NCBI GenBank assembly: GCA_963797095.1
Contig: CAWCNY010000002.1
Coordinates: forward strand, 512,001 to 576,000
DNA length: 64,000 nucleotides
From: an uncultured Chloroflexia bacterium
Lineage (GTDB): Bacteria > Chloroflexota > Chloroflexia > QHBQ01 > JADMIH01
Direction: 5' to 3'
Shown one piece after another: positions 49,935 through 58,887 of the stretch. Under the pieces are notes generated by a model. The model had not been told where the DNA came from, ran no database searches, and saw only the letters and a program-made list of their open reading frames with translations. The position numbers and the translations under genes were made by a program. Numbering within the stretch: position 1 is the stretch's first letter; the number at the start of each line of letters is the position of its first letter.

Positions 49935-50830
49935 GTGATCCTTCTACCCCTTCTGAATTCCTGACCACCCCCAACACTAACATCCACCTCAACCACCGCA
50001 CCTGGGGCGACCCCTCCTCTCCCCCATTACTCCTCATTCACGGCCTCGCCTCCACCCTCCGCATCTGGGACTTCGTAGCCCCCATCCTCGCCGAGCGCTA
50101 CTTCGTAGCCGCCTACGACCAGCGCGGCCACGCCCTCAGCGACAAGCCCGACGACGGCTACGACCTCCCCACCATGCTCTCCGATCTCCTCGGCTTCCTC
50201 AACTCCCTCCACTTAGATAAGCTCATCATCGTCGGCCACTCCTGGGGCGCTAACCTCGCCCTCGCCTTCGCCGCCGGCCACCCCCACAGGTGCTCCGGCC
50301 TCGCCCTCATCGATGGCGGCATCTCCGACTTCCAGGACATCCCAGGCACCACCTGGGAAACCATCAAGCGCGACCTCACGCCCCCCGACCTCAGCCGCTA
50401 CACCCTCTCCGACCTCACCGCCCGTATGCGCGGCGGCGTCCTCTCCAATCTCCCCCCATCCTTCATCGAAGACTACGCCTCCTCCATAATGAACGTCCAA
50501 CCCGATGGCACCATTCGTGCTCGCCTCACCCTGAACCATCACCTAACCATCTTGCGTATTATGTACGACATGCATACCCCCGACCTCCTGCCCCGCATCA
50601 AATGCCCTCTACTCATAGTCCAGGCCGTAGATGGCGACCCCACCAACGAGCGCGCAGCCCAATTCCTGCGCATGAAGCAGCAAGGGGCCGAACGCGTACA
50701 AACCCTGCTCCCAGGTGCAAAGGTCGTCTGGATGCAAGACACCATCCACGACATCCCACTCCAAAGACCCGAACAACTGGCCCGCGAAATACTCGACTTC
50801 TTCGCGGGCAAGGCTGCAACCACTCCATGA
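49931..50830 (+). CDS. Alpha/beta hydrolase
   Basis: HGL, DQRGHALS, GHSWGA, terminal His motif. Confidence 0.9.
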   Translation: MSDPSTPSEFLTTPNTNIHLNHRTWGDPSSPPLLLIHGLASTLRIWDFVAPILAERYFVAAYDQRGHALSDKPDDGYDLPTMLSDLLGFLNSLHLDKLIIVGHSWGANLALAFAAGHPHRCSGLALIDGGISDFQDIPGTTWETIKRDLTPPDLSRYTLSDLTARMRGGVLSNLPPSFIEDYASSIMNVQPDGTIRARLTLNHHLTILRIMYDMHTPDLLPRIKCPLLIVQAVDGDPTNERAAQFLRMKQQGAERVQTLLPGAKVVWMQDTIHDIPLQRPEQLAREILDFFAGKAATTP

Positions 50831-50857
50831 CCCCATATTCCCCACAGGAGAACCTTC

Positions 50858-51667
50858 GTGACTTCCGGTACTCTCGCCCTCCTCGGTTCGGGCGAAACCT
50901 CTTCCCAGGGCCGTAAAATCCACGACTACCTAATGTCCCGCGTTGGCACAGTCCCCGTCCGCGTCACCCTGCTCGAAACCCCCGCCGGGTTCCAGCCCAA
51001 CGCCCACACCGTCTACCGCAAGATCGGCGATTTCATGCAGAAAAGCCTCCAAAACTTCCGCCCTGAGATCGAATACGTCCAGGCCCACCGTAAATCCATC
51101 CCCACAACCACCGCCTCCGACCGCCTCCTGCTCGATGCCCACTACATCTTCTCCGGGCCGGGCAGCCCCACCTATGCCGCCCGCAACCTCCAATCCACCC
51201 GTACCCTCGACCTCCTCACCGAAGCCCACAAACACGGTGCCACCCTCGTCCTATCCAGCGCCGCCGCCATAGCCGCGGGAAGCTCCGTAATCCGCGTCTA
51301 CGAGATCTTCAAGGCTGGGGCCGACCTCGGTTGGGACAACGGCCTCCACCTCCTCCCCTCCCTCGGCCTCGGCATAGACCCGGTAATCGTCACCCACTGG
51401 AACAACACCGAGGGCGGAGCCGACCTCGACACCTCCCGCTGCTACATGGGCCGGCACCGCTTCAGCAGCCTGGTAGAAATGCTCCCCATTCCCACCTCCA
51501 TCCTCGGCATCGACGAGCACACCGCCTGCATATTCGAGCACGACGCCGCCTCAATCCGGGTAATGGGCGCGGGCACTGCCACCATAATCAACAACGGCAC
51601 CACCACCGTAGTACCCGCAGGCCAATCCTTCCTCATCTCCCTCCTTCGTACCCCCAAAGCCGCTTGA
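50858..51667 (+). CDS. Cyanophycinase/peptidase S51-like (class I glutamine amidotransferase fold)
   Basis: LLGSGE, SGPGSPTY, SSAAA, THWNN, GIDEHT. Confidence 0.8.
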   Translation: MTSGTLALLGSGETSSQGRKIHDYLMSRVGTVPVRVTLLETPAGFQPNAHTVYRKIGDFMQKSLQNFRPEIEYVQAHRKSIPTTTASDRLLLDAHYIFSGPGSPTYAARNLQSTRTLDLLTEAHKHGATLVLSSAAAIAAGSSVIRVYEIFKAGADLGWDNGLHLLPSLGLGIDPVIVTHWNNTEGGADLDTSRCYMGRHRFSSLVEMLPIPTSILGIDEHTACIFEHDAASIRVMGAGTATIINNGTTTVVPAGQSFLISLLRTPKAA

Positions 51668-51714
51668 CCATATAGCCTGGTCGGATATACAATCGCAATG
51701 CGAACAATAGTTCG
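51664..51714 (+). promoter_or_regulatory. Promoter followed by a LexA (Cheo-type) SOS box
   Basis: TTGACC-18 bp-TACAAT then CGAAC-AATA-GTTCG (51701-51714). Confidence 0.55.
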
Positions 51715-51792
51715 CAACGTGAACCGGCTGCGTCTCGATCCGCGTGTATCGGATCGCTATCTTCAGAATAAATCGCAGGAGAGACAACACCA

Positions 51793-52281
51793 ATGCAACG
51801 CCCCACCAATAGCCCCCATTCAATTGACGAGTATATCACCACCTTCCCACCGGATATACAGGCCCTTCTTGAAACAGTGCGCGCCACCATCAAAGCCTCA
51901 GCACCCGGCGCAGAAGAGCGCATAAGCTATCAGATGCCGGCATTCGCGCTCCACGGGAATCTCGTCTATTTTGCCGCCCTCAAGAACCACATCGGGCTTT
52001 ATCCAACAGGAAGCGGGATTGAGGCATTTAAGGACGAATTATCCGGCTATAAGAGCACAAAAGGCTCGGTAAAGTTCCCCATCAATCAGCCCCTGCCGCT
52101 GGACCTGATAAGCAGAATTGTTCAATTTAGAGTTACCGAGAATCTCAACAAAGCCGAGGCAAAACACGCAAGAAGGCATAACTCACCCCAACATCTACCC
52201 GGAAAGCAAACACCCAGCGACAGCCCACCTCAGCTTTACCCTGTCTATAGTGCTGTTTCGCCTCCTAACACATCAAAATAA
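51793..52281 (+). CDS. DUF1801/YdhG-like protein
   Basis: IDEYI...R.TI..SAP.AEE.ISYQMPAF, HIGLYP, KGSV.FP...PLP.DLI. Confidence 0.88.
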   Translation: MQRPTNSPHSIDEYITTFPPDIQALLETVRATIKASAPGAEERISYQMPAFALHGNLVYFAALKNHIGLYPTGSGIEAFKDELSGYKSTKGSVKFPINQPLPLDLISRIVQFRVTENLNKAEAKHARRHNSPQHLPGKQTPSDSPPQLYPVYSAVSPPNTSK

Positions 52282-52476
52282 CCCCAAAATCGCCAAAAAA
52301 CTACCCATTTGGCCGTATCCAAATACAAACAAATGTGCTAAGATCAAGAGTGAAATAGCTAATTCACCTCCGAGCCGCGCAGCAAGGAGGACATAGAGAA
52401 CCGGCTGGTGTCCCTATGTACCTGGCAACCAAAAATCGCCGGTTGCCATCCTGCGTTCTAGCCTCACAACCAAACA

Positions 52477-52771
52477 CACTCAGTACTCGGCACTCAGTAC
52501 TCGGTACTGACCACAGTACTGACCAAAGCACTTTCACATAGGGGCTAGACAAAATAACACGAGCGTGATAAGCACAGGCCAAACTACATGCCACGTGTCA
52601 CGACCACCCCGGCTTGCCCTACCCAGAAAGCAATAAGGGTAGCACCTTCCCCCTTCCAACCTACACCTGAGCAGGAAGCAATAACCACTACCCCCACTCC
52701 CCACTCCCCACCCCAAACCAGGAACCAGGAACTTGGAACCAGGAACTTGGAACTTGGAACTAGCAACCGGA
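52477..52771. repeat. Heptamer arrays (ACTCAGT/ACTCGG. at 52477-52524; AACCAGG/AACTTGG at 52716-52771)
   Basis: Directly visible 7-bp periodicity. Confidence 0.8.
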
Positions 52772-52892
52772 ATAGTCCCCTGCTGCCCACGCGGAACACG
52801 GACCAGTTGCGCCACAGGGACACCATCCCGTAAGCCAACCATCCACCGCTCAACTAGCGATGATCCACAAGCAAACGAACCAACAAGGTCCT

Positions 52893-52920
52893 TGTCATCC
52901 TGAGCGAAGCGAAGGATCTC
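52893..52920. repeat. REP-like half element TGTCATCCTGAGCGAAGCGAAGGATCTC
   Basis: Matches a widespread intergenic palindromic repeat type from memory; single copy in window. Confidence 0.5.
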
Positions 52921-53331
52921 GCTCTCCAAGATCACACTTTGGCAACCAACCAACCCACAGAGTGCCCACAACGAGCAAGATCCCCACAACGCAAAAGATC
53001 AAGATGCGTTTCCAGCAAGATCCCAACCGTTAGCAGAGCACAATAACCAACAACCAAATAGAACAGGATAAGGGTGCATGAAGACCCAACCAAAACAAAA
53101 CCAACCCTCATGCACCCTTTTCCCCATACCCACTACCACCAATACGAAATACGCAGTACGCAGTACCAACAATCCTTCGTGCCCTTCGCTCTCCTTCGTA
53201 TCTTCGTGTACAAGAATCCAATCAAGAAGCCATACACAACACTAACAACCCAAACATGCGTTATAATAGTCACCACTTCAGCGCCCATCCACAGGCGCAT
53301 CTGGCACCACACACCAACCAGGAGAAACACC

Positions 53332-53640
53332 ATGAAGTTCCTTATCATGTGGGAATTAGACGTTGCCCGCCTATCCATGGATGTAGTTCACTCAGTAATG
53401 CGCATGCCCGCCTATGCCGACAAGCTCACCGCCCAGGGTAAACTCGAAAAGCGCTGGCACATAGTCGGCAAGCACGGCGGGGCCTGGGTCTACGATGTCG
53501 CCTCCAACGAAGAGTTGGAGCGCCTGCTAGCCATGGCCCCCGTCTACAACTTCGCCCACTACGATGTCTATCCCCTCGCCGAAATGGAATCTCCGGCCAA
53601 CATCCTCCAACCACCCGACCAGCAACCCGACGCTAAATAA
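53332..53640 (+). CDS. Muconolactone delta-isomerase (CatC)-like protein
   Basis: MKFL...G.L...W.IVG..GGAW.YDV.SNEEL..LL...P.Y; AGGAG RBS. Confidence 0.75.
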   Translation: MKFLIMWELDVARLSMDVVHSVMRMPAYADKLTAQGKLEKRWHIVGKHGGAWVYDVASNEELERLLAMAPVYNFAHYDVYPLAEMESPANILQPPDQQPDAK

Positions 53641-53743
53641 GAGCTACTAGACTACTCCCCATCTTCCCCAATCTTCATACCCTTTTCAGAAAGGATTGTT
53701 ATCATAAAATAACCACAAGCGACTGAACAGAAGGAGGAACCAA

Positions 53744-54592
53744 ATGGATACGAACATCTCAAGGCTAGCGAACGCTTTCCTGGTAGTAGCCGCTCTGTTG
53801 ATCCTTATCGGCCTCGCCCTCTTCGTCTTCGCCAACTCCGTCGCCACCCTCCCGGCCAACCTCCGCTCAGGCAACATCTGGCCCTGGGCAATCGGTCCCC
53901 TCGCCCTACGCTTCGTGGCCTCCTTCTTCGTCGCCGCGGGCTTTACCTTCTACCTCGTAAGCCGCCGCCCCGATTACCCGACCCTCACCGCCTTCTCCTC
54001 CATCGCCACCGGCTTCACCATCATGCTTCTCCTCCATCTCCTCCTCAACCTCGGCAGCCTCGATTGGTCCAAGCCCCTCGCTTACGCCTGGCTTATCGCC
54101 CTCCTCGTCGGCTTCGTCTGCTCTCTACTCCTCCTTCTGCGCTCGCGCCCGAAGGCCGTTCTCACAGTCCCTCCCCTCCCTCCGACACCTTCCACCGCTC
54201 GCTTCGTAGCCTACTTCATCCTCGTGCTCACCGTCATCGTCGGCGGCGTAATGTTCCTCTTCCCTGACTTCGGCAGAGAGCGCTGGCCCTGGGACCTCAG
54301 CAACCCCACTAACGTGCAGCTCCTGGGAGCCATCTTCCTCTCCGCTGCCATAAGCTCCACCCTCACCGTCTCGCAACCTAGCTGGTACGGCTACGACCTC
54401 TTCTACCCCAGCGCAGGCATCTTCATCATCCTCGCTCTCCTGGCAACCTTCATGCACTGGAGCCTCTTCGACAAGCCTCTCACCAGTTGGGTATTCGTAG
54501 CCATCTACGCAGTAAGCGGCATTCTGGCCTTCTACACCTACTTCCGCTACGCTTTCAACCGGCAAAGCACAGCCCAGCTACAGACCTCCTGA
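53744..54592 (+). CDS. Integral membrane protein (duplicated 4-TM unit, WPW motifs)
   Basis: AAGGAGG RBS; about 8 hydrophobic helices. Confidence 0.8.
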   Translation: MDTNISRLANAFLVVAALLILIGLALFVFANSVATLPANLRSGNIWPWAIGPLALRFVASFFVAAGFTFYLVSRRPDYPTLTAFSSIATGFTIMLLLHLLLNLGSLDWSKPLAYAWLIALLVGFVCSLLLLLRSRPKAVLTVPPLPPTPSTARFVAYFILVLTVIVGGVMFLFPDFGRERWPWDLSNPTNVQLLGAIFLSAAISSTLTVSQPSWYGYDLFYPSAGIFIILALLATFMHWSLFDKPLTSWVFVAIYAVSGILAFYTYFRYAFNRQSTAQLQTS

Positions 54593-54761
54593 AACCCAAA
54601 AGGGGCGTGCGGGGCTACTCCCCCGGCAGGGAGTTTGGGGAGTGTCCCCCAGCACTTCCCCTGCTTACCCGACTAAAAGGGGGCGCAGTGGTACTCCCCT
54701 GACAGAGGGAGTGATGGGGGGCAGTGGGGTGTCCCCTAACTCTACTTCTTCTTTAATTAAA

Positions 54762-54803
54762 CTCCCCTCTCCCTATCAGGGGAGAGGGGCAGGGGGTGAG
54801 GGG
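54762..54803. repeat. REP-like element CTCCCCTCTCCC...GGGAGAGGGG.AGGGGGTGAGGG
   Basis: Hairpin plus GGGGGTGAGGG tail between convergent genes. Confidence 0.6.
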
Positions 54804-54847
54804 TGTTCGCATTCACTACCCTGAGGGTTCCAACAAAAGGCCAATCC

Positions 54848-55270
54848 TTAAGAGCCTTCACCCGCACGCCTGAAGGTGTAGCACCATGCCTCCCCTTCCA
54901 GCACCACCTCCCCATCCTGCCGCCTCACGGTCATCTTCAACTGCGTAACCGGCTTGCTGGCATGCATCGACAGCACCTCCGCTTCCCCTGTAATCGTATC
55001 CCCAATGAACACAGGAGCCGTAAACTTCCAGTCCTGGCTCAAGAACACAGTCCCAGGACCCGGCATATCCATCGCCACCAGCGCATGCAACACCCCGGTC
55101 GTCAGCCCGCCCTGCACCACCAGCCGCCCGAACTGTGTCCCCGCCGCGAACTCCTCATCGAAATGCAATGGATTGTAATCCCCGGTCATCTCAGCGTAAG
55201 CCCGCACATGCTCCGCCGTCAAAGTAAGGTTGCGGCGAGCCTTCTGCCCAATCGAAACCGTCAATCCCAT
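54848..55270 (-). CDS. MaoC-family (R)-hydratase/dehydratase
   Basis: YAEMTGDYNPLHFD, FG..VVQGGL, F.APVFIGD. Confidence 0.9.
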   Translation of the reverse strand: MGLTVSIGQKARRNLTLTAEHVRAYAEMTGDYNPLHFDEEFAAGTQFGRLVVQGGLTTGVLHALVAMDMPGPGTVFLSQDWKFTAPVFIGDTITGEAEVLSMHASKPVTQLKMTVRRQDGEVVLEGEAWCYTFRRAGEGS

Positions 55271-55328
55271 GCCGTCCTCCTCTCCATTCCACAACCAACA
55301 GTCAAGCACCTCACGACACGAACCAATC

Positions 55329-55444
55329 AGGAACCAGGAACCAGGAACCAGGAGCCAGGAGCCGGGAACCAGGAACCAGGAGCCGGGAACCAGGAACCAG
55401 GAACCAGGAGCCAGAAACTACCGACTACCGACTACCGACTACCC
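55329..55444. repeat. Long heptamer array (AGGAACC/AGGAGCC then CTACCGA) in a divergent promoter region
   Basis: About 16 heptamers directly upstream of extended -10 TGgTATAAT (55455-55463). Confidence 0.9.
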
Positions 55445-55507
55445 ACCCCCCAAGTGGTATAATGATATCCCACAGTTTACAGCATATGCTGAGGAACTAC
55501 ATTATCT

Positions 55508-58294
55508 ATGGCTGACTTCACTACCGGTACAGTTACCTTCCTGTTCACCGACATAGAAGGGAGCACCCTCCTCTGGGAGCAACACCCTGAGGCAGCCAAT
55601 GCTGCCCTCGTGCGCCACGATGCCATCATAGAGAATCTTGTGGTCGAGCACCTGGGCATAGTAGTGCGCCCGCGTGGCGAAGGCGACAGCAGGTTCGCCG
55701 TTTTCCCCCGCGCCACCGACGCCGTCACCGCCGCCGCCTCCATCCAGAAAGCGCTCTACGCCGAACCGTGGCCCACGCCCCGCCCCCTCCGGGTGCGCAT
55801 GGCCCTCCATACCGGCGAGGCCGAGCTGCGCGACGGCGACTATTACGGTAGTGCCGTCAACCGCTGCGCCCGCCTTCGCTCCGCCGCTCATGGCGGGCAA
55901 ACCCTCATTTCTCAGGCCACCTTCAACCTGGTCAGCGATGCCCTCGCCCCAACCCTCAGTTTCCTCGACCTGGGCGAGCACCGCCTCAAAGACCTGGAAC
56001 GTCCTGAGCATATCTTCCAACTGGTGATCCCCGACCTCCCGGCTGATTTCCCTCCCCTCAACACACTCGACAGGCGACCTCACAACCTGCCCATACAGCG
56101 CACCCCCATAATCGGGCGCGAGAAAGAGGTCGAAGCCATCAGCGAGATACTCCTGCGCGACCGCACCGGGCTGCTCACCCTCACCGGCCCCGGTGGCACC
56201 GGCAAGACTCGCCTCGGCCTGCAAGTATCCGCCGAGCTTGCCGATCAATTCGACGCCGGGGCCTTCATGGTCGCCCTGGCCCCCATCGACGATCCTTCCC
56301 TTGTGGTTTCTACTATAGCCCGCACCCTGGAGATCCCTGACACGGGCGGACGCACTCAACTCGATGCCCTCAAAGATTACCTGCGCCCCAAACACTTCCT
56401 CCTCTTCCTCGACAACTTCGAGCAAGTCCTTCCCGCAGGCCCGGTCGTAACTGAGCTACTCGCTGCCGCCCCCCGTCTGAAAGTGCTGGTGACCAGCCGC
56501 GAGGCGTTGCACCTCTACGGAGAGTACGAATATCCGGTCTCCCCCCTTACTGTCCCCGACCTTGAAGATACCCATCTCCCACCTCAGCAGCTCAGCCAGT
56601 ACGAAGCGGTGCGTCTCTTCATCGAGCGCGCCAAAGCCATCAAGCCCGATTTCAGCATCAACGATGACAACGCACCTGCCGTGGCCGAGATTTGCTTCCG
56701 GCTCGATGGCCTCCCCCTCGCCATCGAGCTTGCTGCCGCCCGCATCCGCCTTCTCCCACCCCAGGCCATGCTCCCCCGCCTGCAAGGTAAATTGCAGGCG
56801 CGTCTGCAACTTCTCACAGGTGGGGCAAGAGACCTCCCCGCTCGCCAGCAGACCTTGCGTGGCGCTATCGAGTGGAGCTACGACCTCCTCACCGCCGACG
56901 AACAGAAGCTCTTCAACATGCTCTCCATCTTCATGGGTGGATGCACCCTCGAAGCAGCCGAGGCGGTCTGCGATGTCACCCACCTTGCGGTCGATCTTCT
57001 CAATGGGCTCGAGTCCCTCGTCTCCAAGAGCCTTGTGCGACAGTCGGAAACCAGCAGTGGCGAGCCTCGTTTCTGGATGCTCGAAACCATCCGCGAATAT
57101 GGCCTTGAGCAGCTTGCGGCGAGCGGTGAGCTAGATAACCTGCGCCGTAGGCATGCCGACTATTTTGTGGCGCTTGCCGAAGAGGGCGAGAAGGGCATTG
57201 TCGGCCCTCAGATCGTAGAGTGGTTGGATCGTCTTGAAGCCGAACACGACAACTTCCAATCCGTGCTCGAATGGGCAGTCGGACGCGAAGATGGCGATTG
57301 GGGGTTACGCCTGATCGGCTCTCTCTGGCACTTCTGGCAGGCCCACGGTTACATGAGAGAGGTGATCGGGTGGGTGGAAGAAAGCATCAACGCTGCCGGC
57401 ACACCCACCAACTCCCTTGTCTGGGTCAAGGTTTTGATGGCCCATCGTTTCATCAAGTGGAACCAGGGCGATATCTACGCTACCGATAATACCATGGAGC
57501 GTGCAGTAGCAATCGCACGCAGGATCGGGGCACGCGAGTATGAGGCCTGGGGACTCTCAGTGCTTCATACGCTACGCATACTCAGCAACGATCACATATC
57601 TGATCGTGCTGCTATACTCTCCACCTTACAAAAAGTGCTGGTGTTGGATCGCCAGCTTGGAAACACCTGGTATGGTGCCTTTTCCATAATGATCCTTGGG
57701 CTCGCTCACAATGGGCTTGGCGATTTCGATGAGGGGCGCGCCCTTTGCGAAGAGGCACTCATCCTGTACCGCAAACTCGGCGACCTGTGGGGTGTTTCTC
57801 AAGCTGTAAACATACTGGGCGACCTGGCCCGTATACGAGGCGATTACGCTGAGGCGCAGCGCCTCTACGAAGAGAGCCTGGCTCTCTACCGTAAATTGGG
57901 TAACAAAGCCGATGTGCCTGCCTCCCTTCATAACCTGGCCTATGTTGCCCTCCACCAAAATGACCTTGAACGCGCTACACTGTTGTTCAAGGAAAGCATA
58001 GACTTACAGCTTGATAGAGGCAACCGGCTCGGCGTGATCGAGTGTCTTTTTGGCTTCGCAGGTACCGCTCTGGCTGCGCAACAGATCGAGCGGGCAACCC
58101 GCCTTTTTGTAGCCGCGACCAGGTTGCAGGATGAGCAAAGGGCCCAGGTTTGGCCCGCCGAACGCGCCGAGCATGAGCGCAGCCTGGCTCAGTTGCATGC
58201 CCTCATGGACGATGCTGCCTGGCAGGCTGCCTGGGCAAAAGGCCAGTCATTGACCCTGGATCAGGCCGTCGATTACGCTCTACAGGAGAATTAG
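55508..58294 (+). CDS. Class III adenylate/guanylate cyclase - STAND NTPase - TPR protein
   Basis: TFLFTDIEGST, GDS, RMALHTGE; GPGGTGKT, LDNFE, LDGLPLAIELAAAR; C-terminal TPRs. Confidence 0.95.
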   Translation: MADFTTGTVTFLFTDIEGSTLLWEQHPEAANAALVRHDAIIENLVVEHLGIVVRPRGEGDSRFAVFPRATDAVTAAASIQKALYAEPWPTPRPLRVRMALHTGEAELRDGDYYGSAVNRCARLRSAAHGGQTLISQATFNLVSDALAPTLSFLDLGEHRLKDLERPEHIFQLVIPDLPADFPPLNTLDRRPHNLPIQRTPIIGREKEVEAISEILLRDRTGLLTLTGPGGTGKTRLGLQVSAELADQFDAGAFMVALAPIDDPSLVVSTIARTLEIPDTGGRTQLDALKDYLRPKHFLLFLDNFEQVLPAGPVVTELLAAAPRLKVLVTSREALHLYGEYEYPVSPLTVPDLEDTHLPPQQLSQYEAVRLFIERAKAIKPDFSINDDNAPAVAEICFRLDGLPLAIELAAARIRLLPPQAMLPRLQGKLQARLQLLTGGARDLPARQQTLRGAIEWSYDLLTADEQKLFNMLSIFMGGCTLEAAEAVCDVTHLAVDLLNGLESLVSKSLVRQSETSSGEPRFWMLETIREYGLEQLAASGELDNLRRRHADYFVALAEEGEKGIVGPQIVEWLDRLEAEHDNFQSVLEWAVGREDGDWGLRLIGSLWHFWQAHGYMREVIGWVEESINAAGTPTNSLVWVKVLMAHRFIKWNQGDIYATDNTMERAVAIARRIGAREYEAWGLSVLHTLRILSNDHISDRAAILSTLQKVLVLDRQLGNTWYGAFSIMILGLAHNGLGDFDEGRALCEEALILYRKLGDLWGVSQAVNILGDLARIRGDYAEAQRLYEESLALYRKLGNKADVPASLHNLAYVALHQNDLERATLLFKESIDLQLDRGNRLGVIECLFGFAGTALAAQQIERATRLFVAATRLQDEQRAQVWPAERAEHERSLAQLHALMDDAAWQAAWAKGQSLTLDQAVDYALQEN

Positions 58295-58456
58295 CGCGAC
58301 ATCGCAGCACACACAGGCAAGTTTGGCTAGCTATCCGTTATATCCGGAGTTTATGGTTTGTGGGTCATTAACCAAGAAACCCGAATCGCTCCTTCGCCGT
58401 ATATAGTCCCGAACTTGGCGAATCGACATGCTACAACTACTGAGAAAGGCTATTCT

Positions 58457-58855
58457 ATGAGCATATTCAACCCGGCAGAAATCGACTATCTGCAAAGCCT
58501 CCGTATAGGACGGGTCGCCACCGTCAGCCCCAACGGTGATCCTCATGTGGTGCCCCTCCGCTTCAAGTACAACCCGCAAGAGGATGCAATCGACCTGCTT
58601 GGTAGCGACCTCAGTAGTAGCAAGAAATACCGTGATGCCCAGGCCACGGGGCGCATCGCCTTCGTTGTAGATGATATCGCCGACGGCAAACCCCGCGGCA
58701 TCGAGATTCGCGGTAGGGCCGAAATCCACCCAACCGGCGGCGAGTCCCTGATGAAGAACGTTGGCACCGCTTTTATCCGCCTGATACCCACCCGCATCGC
58801 TGTGTGGGGCATAAACTCAAACTCCTACCACCCGGTCAGCCGCAAAGTTGGTTAG
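58457..58855 (+). CDS. PPOX-class (F420-dependent-like) oxidoreductase
   Basis: YL...RIGRVATV...G.PHVVP, S.KYR, AFVVDD, RGIEIRGRAE. Confidence 0.85.
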   Translation: MSIFNPAEIDYLQSLRIGRVATVSPNGDPHVVPLRFKYNPQEDAIDLLGSDLSSSKKYRDAQATGRIAFVVDDIADGKPRGIEIRGRAEIHPTGGESLMKNVGTAFIRLIPTRIAVWGINSNSYHPVSRKVG

Positions 58856-58887
58856 CAGTCTGTATAGAAGAAAGTAGATGGCAGCAA

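Noticed and set aside
52534-52989. ORFs built from repeats (also 54803-55462 and the N-terminal extension of 53074)
   Set aside because: Translations are heptamer-derived (SSKFQVPG, NQEPGTR) and lack RBS support
55502-56425. 307-aa antisense ORF and many other overlapping ORFs in the track
   Set aside because: Shadows of real genes in GC-rich DNA, with no recognisable motifs
55508-58294. Cyclase-STAND-TPR as an antiviral Avs/NLR system
   Set aside because: This architecture is a common signalling family in Chloroflexota and Actinobacteria, with no defence context here
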